From positions 1 to 64,000 of the forward strand of contig CDRNVI010000179.1 in the NCBI GenBank assembly GCA_977017575.1: 64,000 bases of DNA, read 5' to 3'. Below the pieces are notes generated by a model, which saw only the letters and a program-made list of their open reading frames with translations, was not told the DNA's origin and did not search any database. Below, in pieces: positions 22,735 through 34,789 of this stretch. The position numbers and the translations under genes were made by a program. How positions within the stretch are numbered: the stretch's first letter is position 1; each line of letters starts with the position of its first letter. This stretch comes from Paramoeba atlantica. Lineage: Eukaryota; Protista; Discosea.

Positions 22735-23796
22735 ATGATGAGCGAGATAAAGTTGATGCTGCTGTCACTACTATGTGTCCTACCCCTTTCGTCATCCTTT
22801 GAATATGCGTCTGAACAACACTCAGCAGAAGCACTGGTGATACCCTATTGTTCAGGTCTCGACCACAACCCAAATCGTGTCCAAGTGTATTTTAATGATG
22901 TGTACGAAACCACTCAAGTCAATTTCGCGACCTCCATTACAAGTGTTGTCCCGTTTGAACCCCTCTCATCCCCTCAATTAATGAAGGTCTATTTCCAGAA
23001 TGATAATGTTAAAAATAACTGGGAATCCTTCAACTTTTCAACTGTCGAAGATCTCCTTTCCATTTCATGGGAGTCTACTGGTGGTGGCGGTTCTATCTCT
23101 TATTGTAGTGTCCACTACTGCCTTGAAGAACCATTCATAGTTGATCCTCATTCAATTCAATTTAATGCCACAGCGGAATTCAATAGCACTGAGCTTTTTG
23201 TTCCAACCAACGTCGATCTCCCTTTACCTGGTCCCACGGGCTTCAACGGTGAAATACAAGACTTCACGTTCTCCTATGAAGCTGGAGTGGAGATAGAGCT
23301 GACACTCAAGACTCCAGGAAATACCAATCTCTTTTACTCCCAAATGGACGTCTTCGGTGCCCTCCAGCGTTATAGCTACACAATAGATTTCGATAAAGTG
23401 GAGGATAAGTCTTCAACTTTCACTATGAGGATTGGTGGATACAGTATTTGGATGGGTGAGGATAACGACCATTTTTTTCAAGGTCCTGCTGTGCTTCTCT
23501 ATGTGAGGAATGTTACAAGTGAGGGATCCATTCGATTTCAAGAACATTTCAGTTTTTTTCTAATGTATGGAACTGGGCCAATCATCCTCATTTATATTGG
23601 ACTCTTAGCTGGTGCTGGAGCTTTTATGTTTGCAGTTTTCGCTTTACTGTCTCACCACCTAAAAAAAAATTCTGCAGAAGAAACGGGAGAATTTGGAGAA
23701 GAAATGGGAGAATTTGGAGGAGAATTTGGAAAAGAAGAAGAGGAAGATGGTCCAAAAAGTCAATTTTTTTCGAATGTTGAAATAAATGAAATCTGA
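22735..23796 (+). CDS. Orphan type I membrane protein (signal peptide, about 260-aa beta-rich ectodomain, one TM helix, acidic tail), intronless
   Basis: 353-aa non-low-complexity ORF with N-terminal LMLLSLLCVLPLSSS, TM IILIYIGLLAGAGAFMFAVFALL and a GEFG-repeat tail. Confidence 0.75.
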   Translation: MMSEIKLMLLSLLCVLPLSSSFEYASEQHSAEALVIPYCSGLDHNPNRVQVYFNDVYETTQVNFATSITSVVPFEPLSSPQLMKVYFQNDNVKNNWESFNFSTVEDLLSISWESTGGGGSISYCSVHYCLEEPFIVDPHSIQFNATAEFNSTELFVPTNVDLPLPGPTGFNGEIQDFTFSYEAGVEIELTLKTPGNTNLFYSQMDVFGALQRYSYTIDFDKVEDKSSTFTMRIGGYSIWMGEDNDHFFQGPAVLLYVRNVTSEGSIRFQEHFSFFLMYGTGPIILIYIGLLAGAGAFMFAVFALLSHHLKKNSAEETGEFGEEMGEFGGEFGKEEEEDGPKSQFFSNVEINEI

Positions 23797-23854
23797 TAAA
23801 ACCAAAAAAAATCTTCTCTTTCTCTTGTTTTTTTCCTGAAGGTTTTTTATTTTA

Positions 23855-26800
23855 TTATTTTTTCCCTTTTTTCTTATCTTTTTTCTTCTCTTTCTTCTCT
23901 TCATTCCAGGATCCCCCAACACCACCACCACCACCTTTCAACCGAGCATGTTCTTCACTTGCTTCTTTGGCAAAGATTGCCACTGCTTTTGAAGCAACAT
24001 CAATTGCATAACGATCTTTTGAGACCACCAAAAGCTCTTCTTGATATCGTTGCTGTTGGTCTGTTTTTTTTTTGTGAGTTTTTCTTACTCAAATAAAGGA
24101 AAGAAAAAAAATTCAAACCTTTAAAAGATTCTGCTTCTTCTGATACTCCAAAGAGTTCTCTCTGAGATGCCTCCAAAGCTTTTTGTTGGGCCTCTGCTTC
24201 AAATCGCAATCTTGTTAATTTATGCATTTTCTTTTCAATCTTTCCTCTATTTGCGATCTTTCCATCCCATTCTGCCCATACTTTGCAATACCATCTTTTC
24301 CTGTAAAATACCATTAAATAGGAAAGATAAGAGCAAGTTTTTTTTGTTGTGAGTTTCGAATAAAAACACACACAAAGCGAAACAACAAAAAATAATAACT
24401 AAATCACAAACCTTGCTTTCCCAGATGAAATTGCCTTTCTGAAAAAATTCACAGTATCTGGTGAAATTCGAACTTTGACAAGATAACGAAAATCATCTTG
24501 TTCTTCTCGGCTCACCTCATCACAAGAACAATGGTACCTTTCTGATTGGATGGAATAGTGTCTGATCTATTTCAACAATTTTTAATTCAGAAAATTAAGA
24601 TTCGAAACCAACAAAAATTCTTTTGTATTTGCTTTTTTTAAAAAAGGAAGAAAAGAAGAATGAAAAATTAAAGAAATACCTCAGCAGTTAATGGGACAAC
24701 TTCAGGTTCCTTGATGTAAATACGATCATTTCCATCAAGATAAACATATCCGCCTCTGATCCGTTCTTGAAGTGCTGTAATTTTATCTTCAAGAGTTGAA
24801 GCGGCAAGCAATTTCTGGACAATTTCTGTGAAAAATGATTTAAGATCAAGAGAGAAGTTCAAAAAAGAAAGAAAATTTTGTTTGTTTTTTTTCAAATCTA
24901 AAAAAAATCTGTTGAATTCAAACCTTTTGATTGGGATCCAAGTTCCTCGAGTTTATTTTCTTGGATATCATAGTGGAGAGAAATCTTTTCTTGAACCTCT
25001 TTAAGCAGGACTTCGACTTTTTGAAGCCTCCTCAACCGAATCTGGAAGATTAGGGAGATGAGTAACTCCTACATATGCTCAAAAATAAAAAGAAAAAATA
25101 AATTTAAAAAAAATTATTTCAAAACTAGTTCAATCGCAGGGGGAAGTGGAAAAGTATGACCCATCATCGAAACAGGCCGAGATTCAAGCATTCTGAGAAG
25201 ATACTCATTTCGTCCCTCAAGAGACACCCGATCCGCACTAAATCCCAAAAATAATTTAAGAAAAAGAACATCAAAACAAAAAAGGATGATGAAAAATTGA
25301 TTTCATCAAATAAAAAGAGAAAATGTGAACGTGTAAGAAGGAGAATTTTCGAGAAATGATGCAATCTCTCTCTTTCGAGACATTCTTGTGGTTACACTTT
25401 CAAAAAAAGCACAAGAGGTAATTTTTAACCCACCTAATTTGTGCTGTGAAAGAAACAAAGAAATTTTAACCAAAAAAATAATTCTCAAAACAAAGTAAAT
25501 CATCAAATATGTCAGATTAAAAGGAAAGAAGAAAACCTCGCATTCTCTCTTCCATACATTCAGGTATGTGTTTAAAATGACAGGAATTTCTTCTTCTGTT
25601 TGAGCTTCATCCATCAACTCTTCCATTCGCCGTTGTCCAAAGTTTGGAATCGCAAGAAAAACATTTCCATGTGTAAATACAGGTTTAAAAAGGGTCTGAT
25701 AGTATTTGACTGTATGAACTGTTTGCCGATCAAACCTATCATCCAAAAAGAAAACAAGTTAGTTATCCCAACAGGAATCAAAACCAAAAAAACGGGGGAA
25801 AAAAACCTATTCTGGATCCCAACAACTAAAATAACAACATGAATTTCTTTCATTTTCATTGTTTCTTCGAAAAGCCTGAAAAAAAAAAAAGAGAAAACTT
25901 GATCAAAAACTTTGGATCTTTCACCACTTTCAAAAAAATCCCAACAAAATAATAATTTAGAAACTCAAAAAGACAAACCCAATCATATGCTTGAGATCTT
26001 CTGAAGGGTTTTGTTCTGAGAGACCTGGAGTATCCATAATATTCACTTTGACAGTTTTACCCAAGTATGTTAACCCAAATGATGTTGTGAAAGCTTCTTT
26101 ACTGTTTTTTTTTTTTGAAGAAAAAGTTAGAAGGAAAAAGAGAGAGAGTAAATTTTTTTGAAAAACTCAAAAAAAACAAACAAAACAAAACCTGCAAGAA
26201 GTTGTGGGATCATCAGAAGTCTTGAAAAGAAAAAAATCTTTATCCCCCATTTTGTAAAGATAGTTTCCCAATGTACTTTTTCCAACGCCCATATTACCAA
26301 CCAAGACAACATTAATCTCAGTTTCAAACACTTTTTTCTTTTTTGGGTCTACTGGAAAGGTTTCGGGCAATGTTCGACTGTATTCTCCCGGTGCTGAGAC
26401 AAACGTTGGAGTTGTTCTGACTTGTTCTTTTGTTTCTTCTGAAGTTAATGTGTTTCCATAGGGAATGGATGAAGAAGAAGTAAAAGAAGAAGAAGAAGAA
26501 GAAGAAGAAGAAGAAGAAGAAGAAGAGGCCATTGGGTTTTTTGGTGTAGCTGAAATTGAGTTCTCAGAATTTGTTTCTTCCGGGGAAAGTGATCCAAAAG
26601 GATTTGATTGAGAAGGAAGATCCGATGATTTTGATGGTGAGGTTAAGGTCTCTTTCTTAGACGAAGAAGAACTTGGTGATGATTCAGAGAATGGATTTGA
26701 AGGATTTGTTGTTCCTGATGGTGTTGTGATAGAATTTGAGGAGTGATTGGTTAAGTTTTCAGGGGGTTTTTGATCCAAAGAACTCTTTGAACTCTTTGAA

Positions 26801-27312
26801 CTTGGTCGTTGTTGTGAAGGGGGTGAGGATTCGAAAGGGTTTGAAGAAGAGACGACTGGAACTGAAGAATGTGGGGTGGTTCTAACTTTTTTTGAGGAAT
26901 CAAAGGGATTTGTTGTGGAAAGAGAGTTACTTGGTTGTGTTGGAGGTTCAGAAAATGGGTTTGATTCCGCAAAAGGATTTGATTCAGAAGACCCAGAAGG
27001 GACAGTAGGAGTTGGACTCGATTCAGGAGAAGTTGGGTTGGCAAAAGGATTTGCTTCAGAAGGAGTTGCAAAAGGATTCAATTGAGAAGGTGTTGGTTCA
27101 GCAAAAGGGTTCGATTCAGAAGGATCTGGTTCAGCAAAAGGGTTCTTTTCTGGAACCTCAGAAGCAAACGGATGAACAGGGGAAGCTGTTGTTTCAAAAA
27201 CCCGTGTTGTTGGAGAATCAGATAAGAGAGCAGCGGCTGGGGGAGAAGGGGAACCAGGAATTGAAGAAAAGCTTGGAGAAGTTGAAGAACTTTTTGAGGC
27301 ACTTGTTCCCAT
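23855..27312 (-). CDS. AIG1/GIMAP-like (TRAFAC) GTPase with N-myristoylation motif, NPF-array N-terminus and coiled-coil C-terminus; about 10 exons
   Basis: MGTSASKS; 10 NPF motifs; VVLVGNMGVGKSTLGN; IMDTPG; IHVVILVV..RFD. Splice phases are consistent through to ...KDKKKGKK* at 23855. Confidence 0.82.
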
Positions 27313-27493
27313 TTAACGGAGATTTCGGTTTTTGGGAGAGAGAAAGAAAGGAAAACAAAAAGAAAAAAACGAAAAAAAACGTGAAAGTATTGTTATACTA
27401 TTTAAGGAATATTTCTTTTAAAGGAAATTACTTTATTTAGTTTGATATTTTGTGATTTTTTTTGGGGATTCTTGATTCTTTTTGTTTGGGTTC

Positions 27494-30323
27494 ATGTCTT
27501 CTTCTCTTTCTTCTTCTTCTTCTTCTTCTTCTTCTTCTTCTTCTTCTTCTTCTTCTTCTTTTGAAAGGGTGACAAGATGGACTGAGAAAATGAAAGAAGG
27601 AAATTTATTTCTTTTGGATGGTGCGACTGGGACTCAGGCTCAAAAATTGGGTGGGAAAATGGACGATGATGGATGGTTTATCTTTTTATTTCTTTTTTTT
27701 TGTTTTTTTGTTTTTGTTTTTTTTACTTTTTTTACTTTTTTCTTTTGATCCAAGTTTAGTTGATCCAGTTTTTTGGATTTTTCATGTTTTTCATTTTTTT
27801 TGAATGAAGGTCTTGTGTCATCCAGTTACGCGATCCGGAAATCTGTTTGTTTTTTCTTATTCTATCTTGTGATATTATGAAAATATTCTTCGAAAATATT
27901 ATTGTATTGATTCTTATTCTATAAAGAATTAAATTATTCTTCATATTCATTCAAGTTGAATTAATTCATTAATTAAGATATCATTCTTATTAATTAATCA
28001 AAATTATTATTATTAATCTCAAGAATGAACAGTGAAAAGAGTACATCTTGACTATTTGAGAGTTGGAGCAGATGTAATCACTTGCAATACATATGCAACG
28101 AATGGTAATGTTCTCTCTGCTGCTGGTATTCCAGGTCTTCTCTTCTTTATTTTTTGAAATTGTTTTGAAGAGGAGGAAAGAGAGGAAGGAGAGAGGGAGG
28201 AGGGAGAAGAGAAAGAGGAGAGAAGAAGAGAAGAAGAGAAGAAGAGAAGAGAGAGAGAGGAGGGTCGATCTATGGTTTTATTATTTTATAAAAACATTTT
28301 TGAGTTTAAAAATTCAATAATAATTTTTCTTTTGTTTCAGAAAAGACAGAAGAGGCAATTTTGGAAGCTGTTCGAATTGCGCAAGAAGCACGAAATGATT
28401 ATCTCAAAGAATCTGGTTTTTCTTCTTTCTCTCTTCTTTCTCCTCTTTTCTCTTTTTTGTCTCTTTTATTCTCTTTTTTGATTTTCTCTTTTTGATTTTT
28501 TCATTCAAAGGAAAAGAGAAGACAATTATTGTAGCGGGAAGTATCTCTGCCCATTCTCCTTCTCTCCCAAAAACAGATCAAATTCTCAATGGTTTTTTTC
28601 TCCTCTTCTTCTCTCTTCTTCTCTCTTCTCTCTTCTTCTCTCTTCTCCCTTTTTCTCTCTTCTCTCTTCTTCTTCTCTTTCTCACAATTTAACCCCTCTT
28701 TTTCCTTTCTCTCTCTTCATGAATAGCTCCATATATTGGTGTTTTCCCACCACCTGAGCAAGAAGAGGAAGCATATTGTCTTGCTGCACAATATCTTGGT
28801 TTTTTTCTTTCTCTTTTCTCTCTTTGTTGAAAGAGAGAGAAATCGAGATGAAGAGAAGGAAAAGAGATGAAGAGAGAGGAAATAGAGAGATGGAGAGAGA
28901 AAGAAAAGAAAACAAGGAGAATTTTATGGAGGCTCAAAAATATCTAACAAAAAGAATGATTGATATATTTTTCTCTCTTCTTTCTTCTCTCTTTCTTCTC
29001 TCTTCCTTCTCTCTCTTTTCTATTTTCAGAAAAAGCGGGAGTGGATGTTATTTTTCTTGAAATGATGAAATGTCCAGAACGATCGCCTCGAGTTATTCGT
29101 TCTGCAGCAAAAACTTCCCTCCCAATCGGTTTTTTCCTTTTTCTCTCCCTTTTCTCTCTCCTTTTTCTCTCTTTTCTCTTTTCTCTTCTCTCTTTTCTCT
29201 TTCTCTTTTCTCTTTCTCTTTTTTCCTTTTATTTCTTTTCTTCCTCTCCTCTCCTTTCTCTTTTTTACTTCCCTTCCTCTCTAATTTGATTTGGATCTCA
29301 GTTCTGGGAGTGAGTGCAAGATTAAGTGAAAAAGGAGAGCTTTTATTATGGGGGAATGGGGCTGATCATATCCCTTTTACAGAACAAGTATTCAATGATT
29401 TTGTAAAATTGGCAGGTCAAGTTTATTTTATTTTATTTTTATTTTTATTTTTATTTTATTTTATTTTTATTTTTATTTTATTTTATTTTATTTTATTTTA
29501 TTTTTTTAATTTCTATTTCTATTTTTGTTCTTGATTTGATGTTTGAAAAGTTCTCTTTCAAAGAAGCCTATTTTCTTAAAAAATTGAAGTCTTTATTTTA
29601 AAAAAATTTTTTAAAATATAAATATTTTTATTATTAAAATATATCATTCATTTTTCTTTTCTTTCCTTTTTTTTTTTCTTTTTAGGCCCACGTCTCATTG
29701 GTGTGAATGTTATGCACACGAAATTTAATGTTGTTCTTCCAACTCTTCGTATGATTCGGAATGCTGGATGGGAAGGACCTCTTGGCGGTTTTCTTTCTTT
29801 CTTTTTCTTTCTTTCTTTTTCTTTCTTTTCTCTCTTTTTTTGAATAAATAAAAATAAAAAGAAATAGGATTAAAAAGATATTATTTTTTATTCTTATTTT
29901 AAATTTTATGATTATTAATTTACTTTTTTTGAAAACAGCTTATCCTGATCATGGGCACTTTGCTCCTCCAAACTGGCTTTTTGAAGAACTGAGTTGGTAA
30001 TTATCATCTTTCTTTTTTCTAATTGTATATTATTTATTATTGATTATGATTATTATTTATTATTTATTATGATTATTATGATTCTTATTCAATTGGTTAA
30101 ACAAATAAAAATAATCATAATAATAATAATAATAATAATTAAAAAGTTATGGAATTATTTTTTTATTAATAATTTTTTTTTTTGGAACAGGGAACAAGCA
30201 AGAGAGTATATTCAGAGTTGGGTAGAAGAAGCTTCTCTCTCTATGGTGGGAGGATGTTGTGGTTTAGGACCAGAATATATCTCTTCTCTTTCAATGGATT
30301 TTGTTCACAAAGAAAAAAAATAA
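27494..30323 (+). CDS. Homocysteine S-methyltransferase family protein; about 11 exons, poly-Ser N-terminus
   Basis: LLDGATGT, GADVITCNTY, VAGSIS, GVDVIFLEMM, GVNVMHT, AYPDHG, VGGCCGLGPEYI. Confidence 0.9.
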
Positions 30324-30433
30324 AAATTGTTTTATTTTGGGGGGGGTTTAATTAAAAAAATTTAATTTTTTTTTTTATTTTTATTTTTTACAAATAATTT
30401 TTTGTTTTTTGTTTTTGTTTTTTTTTTTAATTT

Positions 30434-32513
30434 TTAATTATGGTGATGGGATGTTATTTTTTTTGTTCTTTTACAAGGAATTAAAGAAAGATCAAAAGAA
30501 AAGTCCATTTGACTCAAAGCATCATCCATATTAAAATCTCCAATAAATTTTCTGTGTTGGGGTTTGTGAAAAGTTGATGCATTGGCAGTAACATAATTCT
30601 TTCCTGCTGGTCTTCCAAAAATTGGCGGAATTGATTCAAGAAAGGTTCGAAATCCTTTGAATGATTGGGATAATGGTTGGTAAGGAAGATGGTCTATCCC
30701 ACTGGATTTGAAAAAGAAAGAGAGAAAGAGAAAAAAAGAAATTTTAAATGTGAAAGGAAAACGAAGAGGAAAGATTGGGTTTGTACTTTTTTTTTGGAGA
30801 ACTTGTGTGTGTATGAAAAATAGAATTAATTTTTTTTTTTAGATTTATCTATTGTTAGACTTTTTGATTTTTTTTTTTTTTTTTTGAAGAATGTGAAAAG
30901 AAAAAGAAAAGAAGAAAAAAAAGAAAAAAAAGAAGAAAATGCTGACCGCGTACGATTAAAAGGTTGTAGAGAAGACATCGTGTGACAAATCTGCCAAAAG
31001 TGAGAAGGAACAGCTTCTTTCAAAGGTTTGTTTGACATGACAATTTTTTCGACCATTGGCATTAATGCGTTTTGGTATGCTCCGTGTACGAAGAGACGGT
31101 CGTATGGTGTTTCGTCGAAGATCCTTTTTTGTTTTTTGTTTTTGTTTTTTGTTTTTTGTTTTTGTTTTTTGTTTTTGTTTTTTGTTTTTGTTTGTTTTGT
31201 TTTTGTGTGGTTGGGTGTTGTGAGGAAAAGGAGTGTTGAATTTGTTTTTAGAGAATAAAGGAGGGGTTTTTATTTTCAAAAGAGAGAGAAAGGAATTAAT
31301 TTTTTTTTTCCAATAAAAGAAAGAAAATCAATAAAAACAAAAAAAAATAAATAACAAACAAGAAAAATAAATCAAATAAAACAAAAAAAAAAAAAACCAA
31401 TGCAAAAGATGTTCATACTGATGAAAACGATCAAAACCATTTTGATAATAATCAAATTTGGACATTGTGGGAGAGATTGTGCATGTTTCTCTTGTTATTG
31501 CTGCCAGGTGTCTTATGTGTAATTTTCTTCGAAATAGACTTTTGTTTTGTTTTTGTTTTTTGTTTTTTGTTTTGTTTGTTTTTTGTTTGTTTTTTTTGTT
31601 CGTTTGTTTTTTTTTGGTTTGTTGGTTTTTGTTGGTCAGTTATTTTGAAGAAGAGAGAGAGAGGGGAGAGGGGAGAGAGGAGAGAGGAGAGGAGAGGAGG
31701 GGAGAGAGGAGAGAGGAGGAAGAGAGAGAAAAGAAAGTGAGAAAAGGGGGAAAAACCTCGAAAGAGGATCACCAAAAACATAATTAAGAAGAAAAAGAGA
31801 GAGAAGAGAAGAGAAGAGAAGAGAAGAGAAGAGAAAAGAGAAGAGAGAGAAAGAAACGGAGAAGGGCAATAAAGAGGATCACCAAAAACATAAATAATAA
31901 GAAAATGAGTTCCAAAATGGGAGGTTGGAGGGTGTGTTTGAGCCCTTTTCCTCTTGGATTGACTCGATACTTTTCTTCGAGAGAGAGAAGAGAGAGAAGA
32001 GAGAGAAGAGAGAAAGAAACCTAGAAGGACAGTAGAGAGGATCGCCAAAAACATAAATAATAAGAAAATGAGGATTCAAATTTTCTAAAATGGGAGGTTG
32101 AAGAGTGTGTTTGAGTCCTTCTCCTCTTGGATTGGCTCGATACTTCTTTACTTTAGTGAAGTAATTCATTGTTGATGTACTTCCTACCCCTTTTGTTTTG
32201 TTTTTGTTTTGTGTTGTTTTTTTTTTTTTGTGGTGTCAAAGAAAAGAAAGAGTCAGATTTTCTATTTTTTTTTTCAATGGCACGAAACAAAACAAAAAAC
32301 AAAAAACAAAAAACAAAAAACAAAAAACAAAAAACAAAAAACAAAAACAAAAAAACAAAAACAAAAAAACAAAAAAACAAAACCTCCAGGAGAAGCAATC
32401 ATCAACCGAAGATCCTGCTTACAACCACGACAAAGATACCTTTCATTCGGTAAATTTCGACATTCTTCAGGAGCATACAATTGTTCAATCCCTTTTCCAA
32501 ACTCGTGTCGAAC

Positions 32514-32571
<58 letters not shown>

Positions 32572-32627
32572 GAAAAGAGAGGGAGGAAAGAGAGGGAGAG
32601 GACCATCATTAAATTTGACAGATTCAT
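30434..32627 (-). CDS. Sulfotransferase-like (P-loop fold) protein with poly-Thr stem; exons about 32627-32384, 32189-32021, 31539-31399, 31123-30947, 30702-30434; 5' end uncertain
   Basis: Spliced frame LMIASPGGVGSTSTMNYF...GLKHTLQPP...FLIIYVFGDPLYCPSSLFRR resembles the 5'-PSB and 3'-PB motifs of sulfotransferase-like proteins. Splice phases are consistent. Confidence 0.6.
31757..31972 (-). pseudogene. Two degenerate copies of the KHTLQPP/IYVFGDP exon inside the following intron
   Basis: 31858-31972 copies exon 32021-32189 with a 10-nt frameshifting deletion. 31757-31790 is a shorter remnant. Confidence 0.75.
32514..32572. repeat. (GTT)n microsatellite, about 19 units, encoding poly-Thr on the minus strand
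   Basis: Read directly from the sequence. Confidence 0.95.
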
Positions 32628-32757
32628 CTTTTTTGTTTTTTGTTTTTTTTTGTTTTTAATCAAATGAGAGATTGGTGAGTGAGAATGATCAAATTACAGA
32701 AAACCATCCCCCATTCAAGAAAAAGACAAAAAAGAAAGAAAGAAAAAGAAAAACAAT

Positions 32758-33665
32758 ATCAGGGACATCTTTAGGGGACACCACCATAATCAAAAATGAC
32801 AATCGAAATTGTGGAAAAAAGAGAAAGAGTTTTATTCTCAAGAAGAAAAGAAAAAAGGGAAGAGAAAGTATTTTCATCTCTTTGCCGGTTTGATTGAAGT
32901 TACCAAGAGGATGCAATCTGCCCTTCAACCAATCAAGATCAAGATCAACATCCCCAAACACCAAAGCAAACTCAGATATTTCTCTTTGCCGGTTTGATTG
33001 AAGTAGTACCAAGAGGATGCAATCTGCCCTTCAACCAATCAAGATCAAGATCAACAAAACCAGGGACATCTTGAGGGAACACCTTCATAATCAAAATGAT
33101 AACCGGAAAAAGTGGAAAAAAGAGAAAGAGTTTTATTCTCAAGAAGGATAGAGAAAGGGAAGAGAAAGTATTTTCATCTCTTTGCTGGTTTGATTGAAGT
33201 ACCAAGAGGATCCAATCTGCCCTTCAACCAATCAAAATCAAGATCAACAAAACCAGGGACATCTTGAGGGAACACCTTCATAATCAAAATGATAACTGGA
33301 AAAAGTGGAAAAAAGAGAAGGAGTTTTATTCTCAAGAAGGATAGAGAAAGGGAAGAGAAAGTATTTTCATCTCTTTGCCGGTTTGATTGAAGTACCAAGA
33401 GGATCCAATCTGCCCTTCAACCAATCAAGATCAAGATCAACAAAACCAGGGACATCTTGAGGGGATACCTTCATAATCAAAATGATAACTGGAAAAAGTG
33501 GAAAAAAGAGAAGGAGTTTTATTCTCAAGAAGGATAGAGAAAGGGAAGAGAAAGTATTTTCATCTCTTTGCTGGTTTGATTGAAGTACCAAGAGGATCCA
33601 ATCTGCCCTTCAACCAATCAAGATCAAGATCAAGTTCCCCAAACACCAAAGCAGACTCAGATATC
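32758..33665. repeat. 193-bp tandem repeat array (about 4 copies plus a 107-bp partial copy) duplicating the 3' end of the LamG exon and adjacent sequence
   Basis: gtattttcatctctttgc recurs at 32868, 33168, 33361 and 33554 (spacings 300, 193, 193). Confidence 0.93.
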
Positions 33666-34237
33666 TGACCAGGAAAAGGATTTTCAGGTTGATCCCCTTT
33701 TCCTGGTGGTAATCGACTTCCAACTCGGAATGGTTTCTTTTCTCCTTGTGATGCATCGTAAAGATCCTCTGTCTTGTATGTACTGACTGGCAATCGAGTA
33801 TTGTTGACAAACAAACTGTAATTGAGCCCTCTTCTCATGACAAGAACAAAATGCCATTCTCCAAGTTTGAGAGGTTGAGAATGAAGACTTCCTCGATAGC
33901 CATTCGGATCACCATTCTCCCCAAAACCAGGTCGCACAGAAGTATTATGATCAGACAAACTAACCATCAAATTACCAAAGAGTTCAAAACGAAATTGTGA
34001 AACCGGATCACAAGATCGATCGCGAGAACAAATGATTCCATATTTCGGTTGCTCTGGTTTGATCCAACACCCAAAAGTGAAGTCTTCTTCTCCAACATTG
34101 ATTGACTCTTTTTCCACGATTTCTCCAAACGAGTAATTTTTAAAAAAGATTGGATCTTCCGAAGCCATATGAGATAATAAAACAAAAAGAGATAATAAAA
34201 CAAAAAGAGATAATAAAACAAAAAGAGAAAACAACAA
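33560..34237 (-). CDS. Concanavalin A-like/LamG (pentraxin-like) domain exon preceded by a repeat-derived hydrophobic anchor; start and downstream joining uncertain
   Basis: DFTFGCWIKP, GEWHFVLVMRRG..SLFVN, FRVGS..FPGQISE. Upstream hydrophobic LFVLLS x3 comes from an 18-nt repeat. Confidence 0.75.
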   Translation of the reverse strand: MLFSLFVLLSLFVLLSLFVLLSHMASEDPIFFKNYSFGEIVEKESINVGEEDFTFGCWIKPEQPKYGIICSRDRSCDPVSQFRFELFGNLMVSLSDHNTSVRPGFGENGDPNGYRGSLHSQPLKLGEWHFVLVMRRGLNYSLFVNNTRLPVSTYKTEDLYDASQGEKKPFRVGSRLPPGKGDQPENPFPGQISESALVFGELDLDLDWLKGRLDPLGTSIKPAKR

Positions 34238-34311
34238 TAAAAGAAAAAACTCAACGGTTTCAAAAAAAGAAACGGTCAGAAGATGTTTTCACATCAATTT
34301 TCCAGATTTCT

Positions 34312-34467
34312 CTTCCCCTCAACCCTCTTCCCCCTCAATCCTTCTAACCCATCAATCCTCTTCCCCCTCCATCCTCTTCCCCCTCAACCCTCTTCCCCCT
34401 CAACCCTCTTCCCCCTCAATCCTCTTCCCTCTCAATCCTCTTCCCCCCTCAATCCTCTTCCCCCTCA
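34312..34467. repeat. 16-bp minisatellite (CCCTCAA[C/T]CCTCTTCC)n, G-run rich on the minus strand
   Basis: About 9 imperfect units read directly. Confidence 0.85.
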
Positions 34468-34789
34468 AACACTTCTCCAATCCCCTTCCTCATCTTCACT
34501 CCTCCGCACAACACTCCCCCTCAACCACCACTAACTTCTTCCCAAACAAAAAAGGGTGTTTCTGGAAAAACTCAAAAAAAGATTTGGAGTTAATTTTTAT
34601 TACTTGATTGTTTTATTACATATTTCAGAACTCGCTTGAATTGCGTTGTTTTGAAAAGCTTATATTTAGAGAGAGAAGAGAGAGAGACTCAAGGAAAGAG
34701 AGATCGATGAAAGAGAGAAGAAAGATTGTGAATGAAGAAAATGAAACAAAAGAAAGAGAGGAGAGAGAGGAGGGAGAGAGAGAGGAAAA

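Noticed and set aside
32758-33665. Regular repeat array as a CRISPR or transposon
   Set aside because: Units are contiguous 193-bp copies with no unique spacers, terminal repeats or cas/transposase genes, and the context is eukaryotic.
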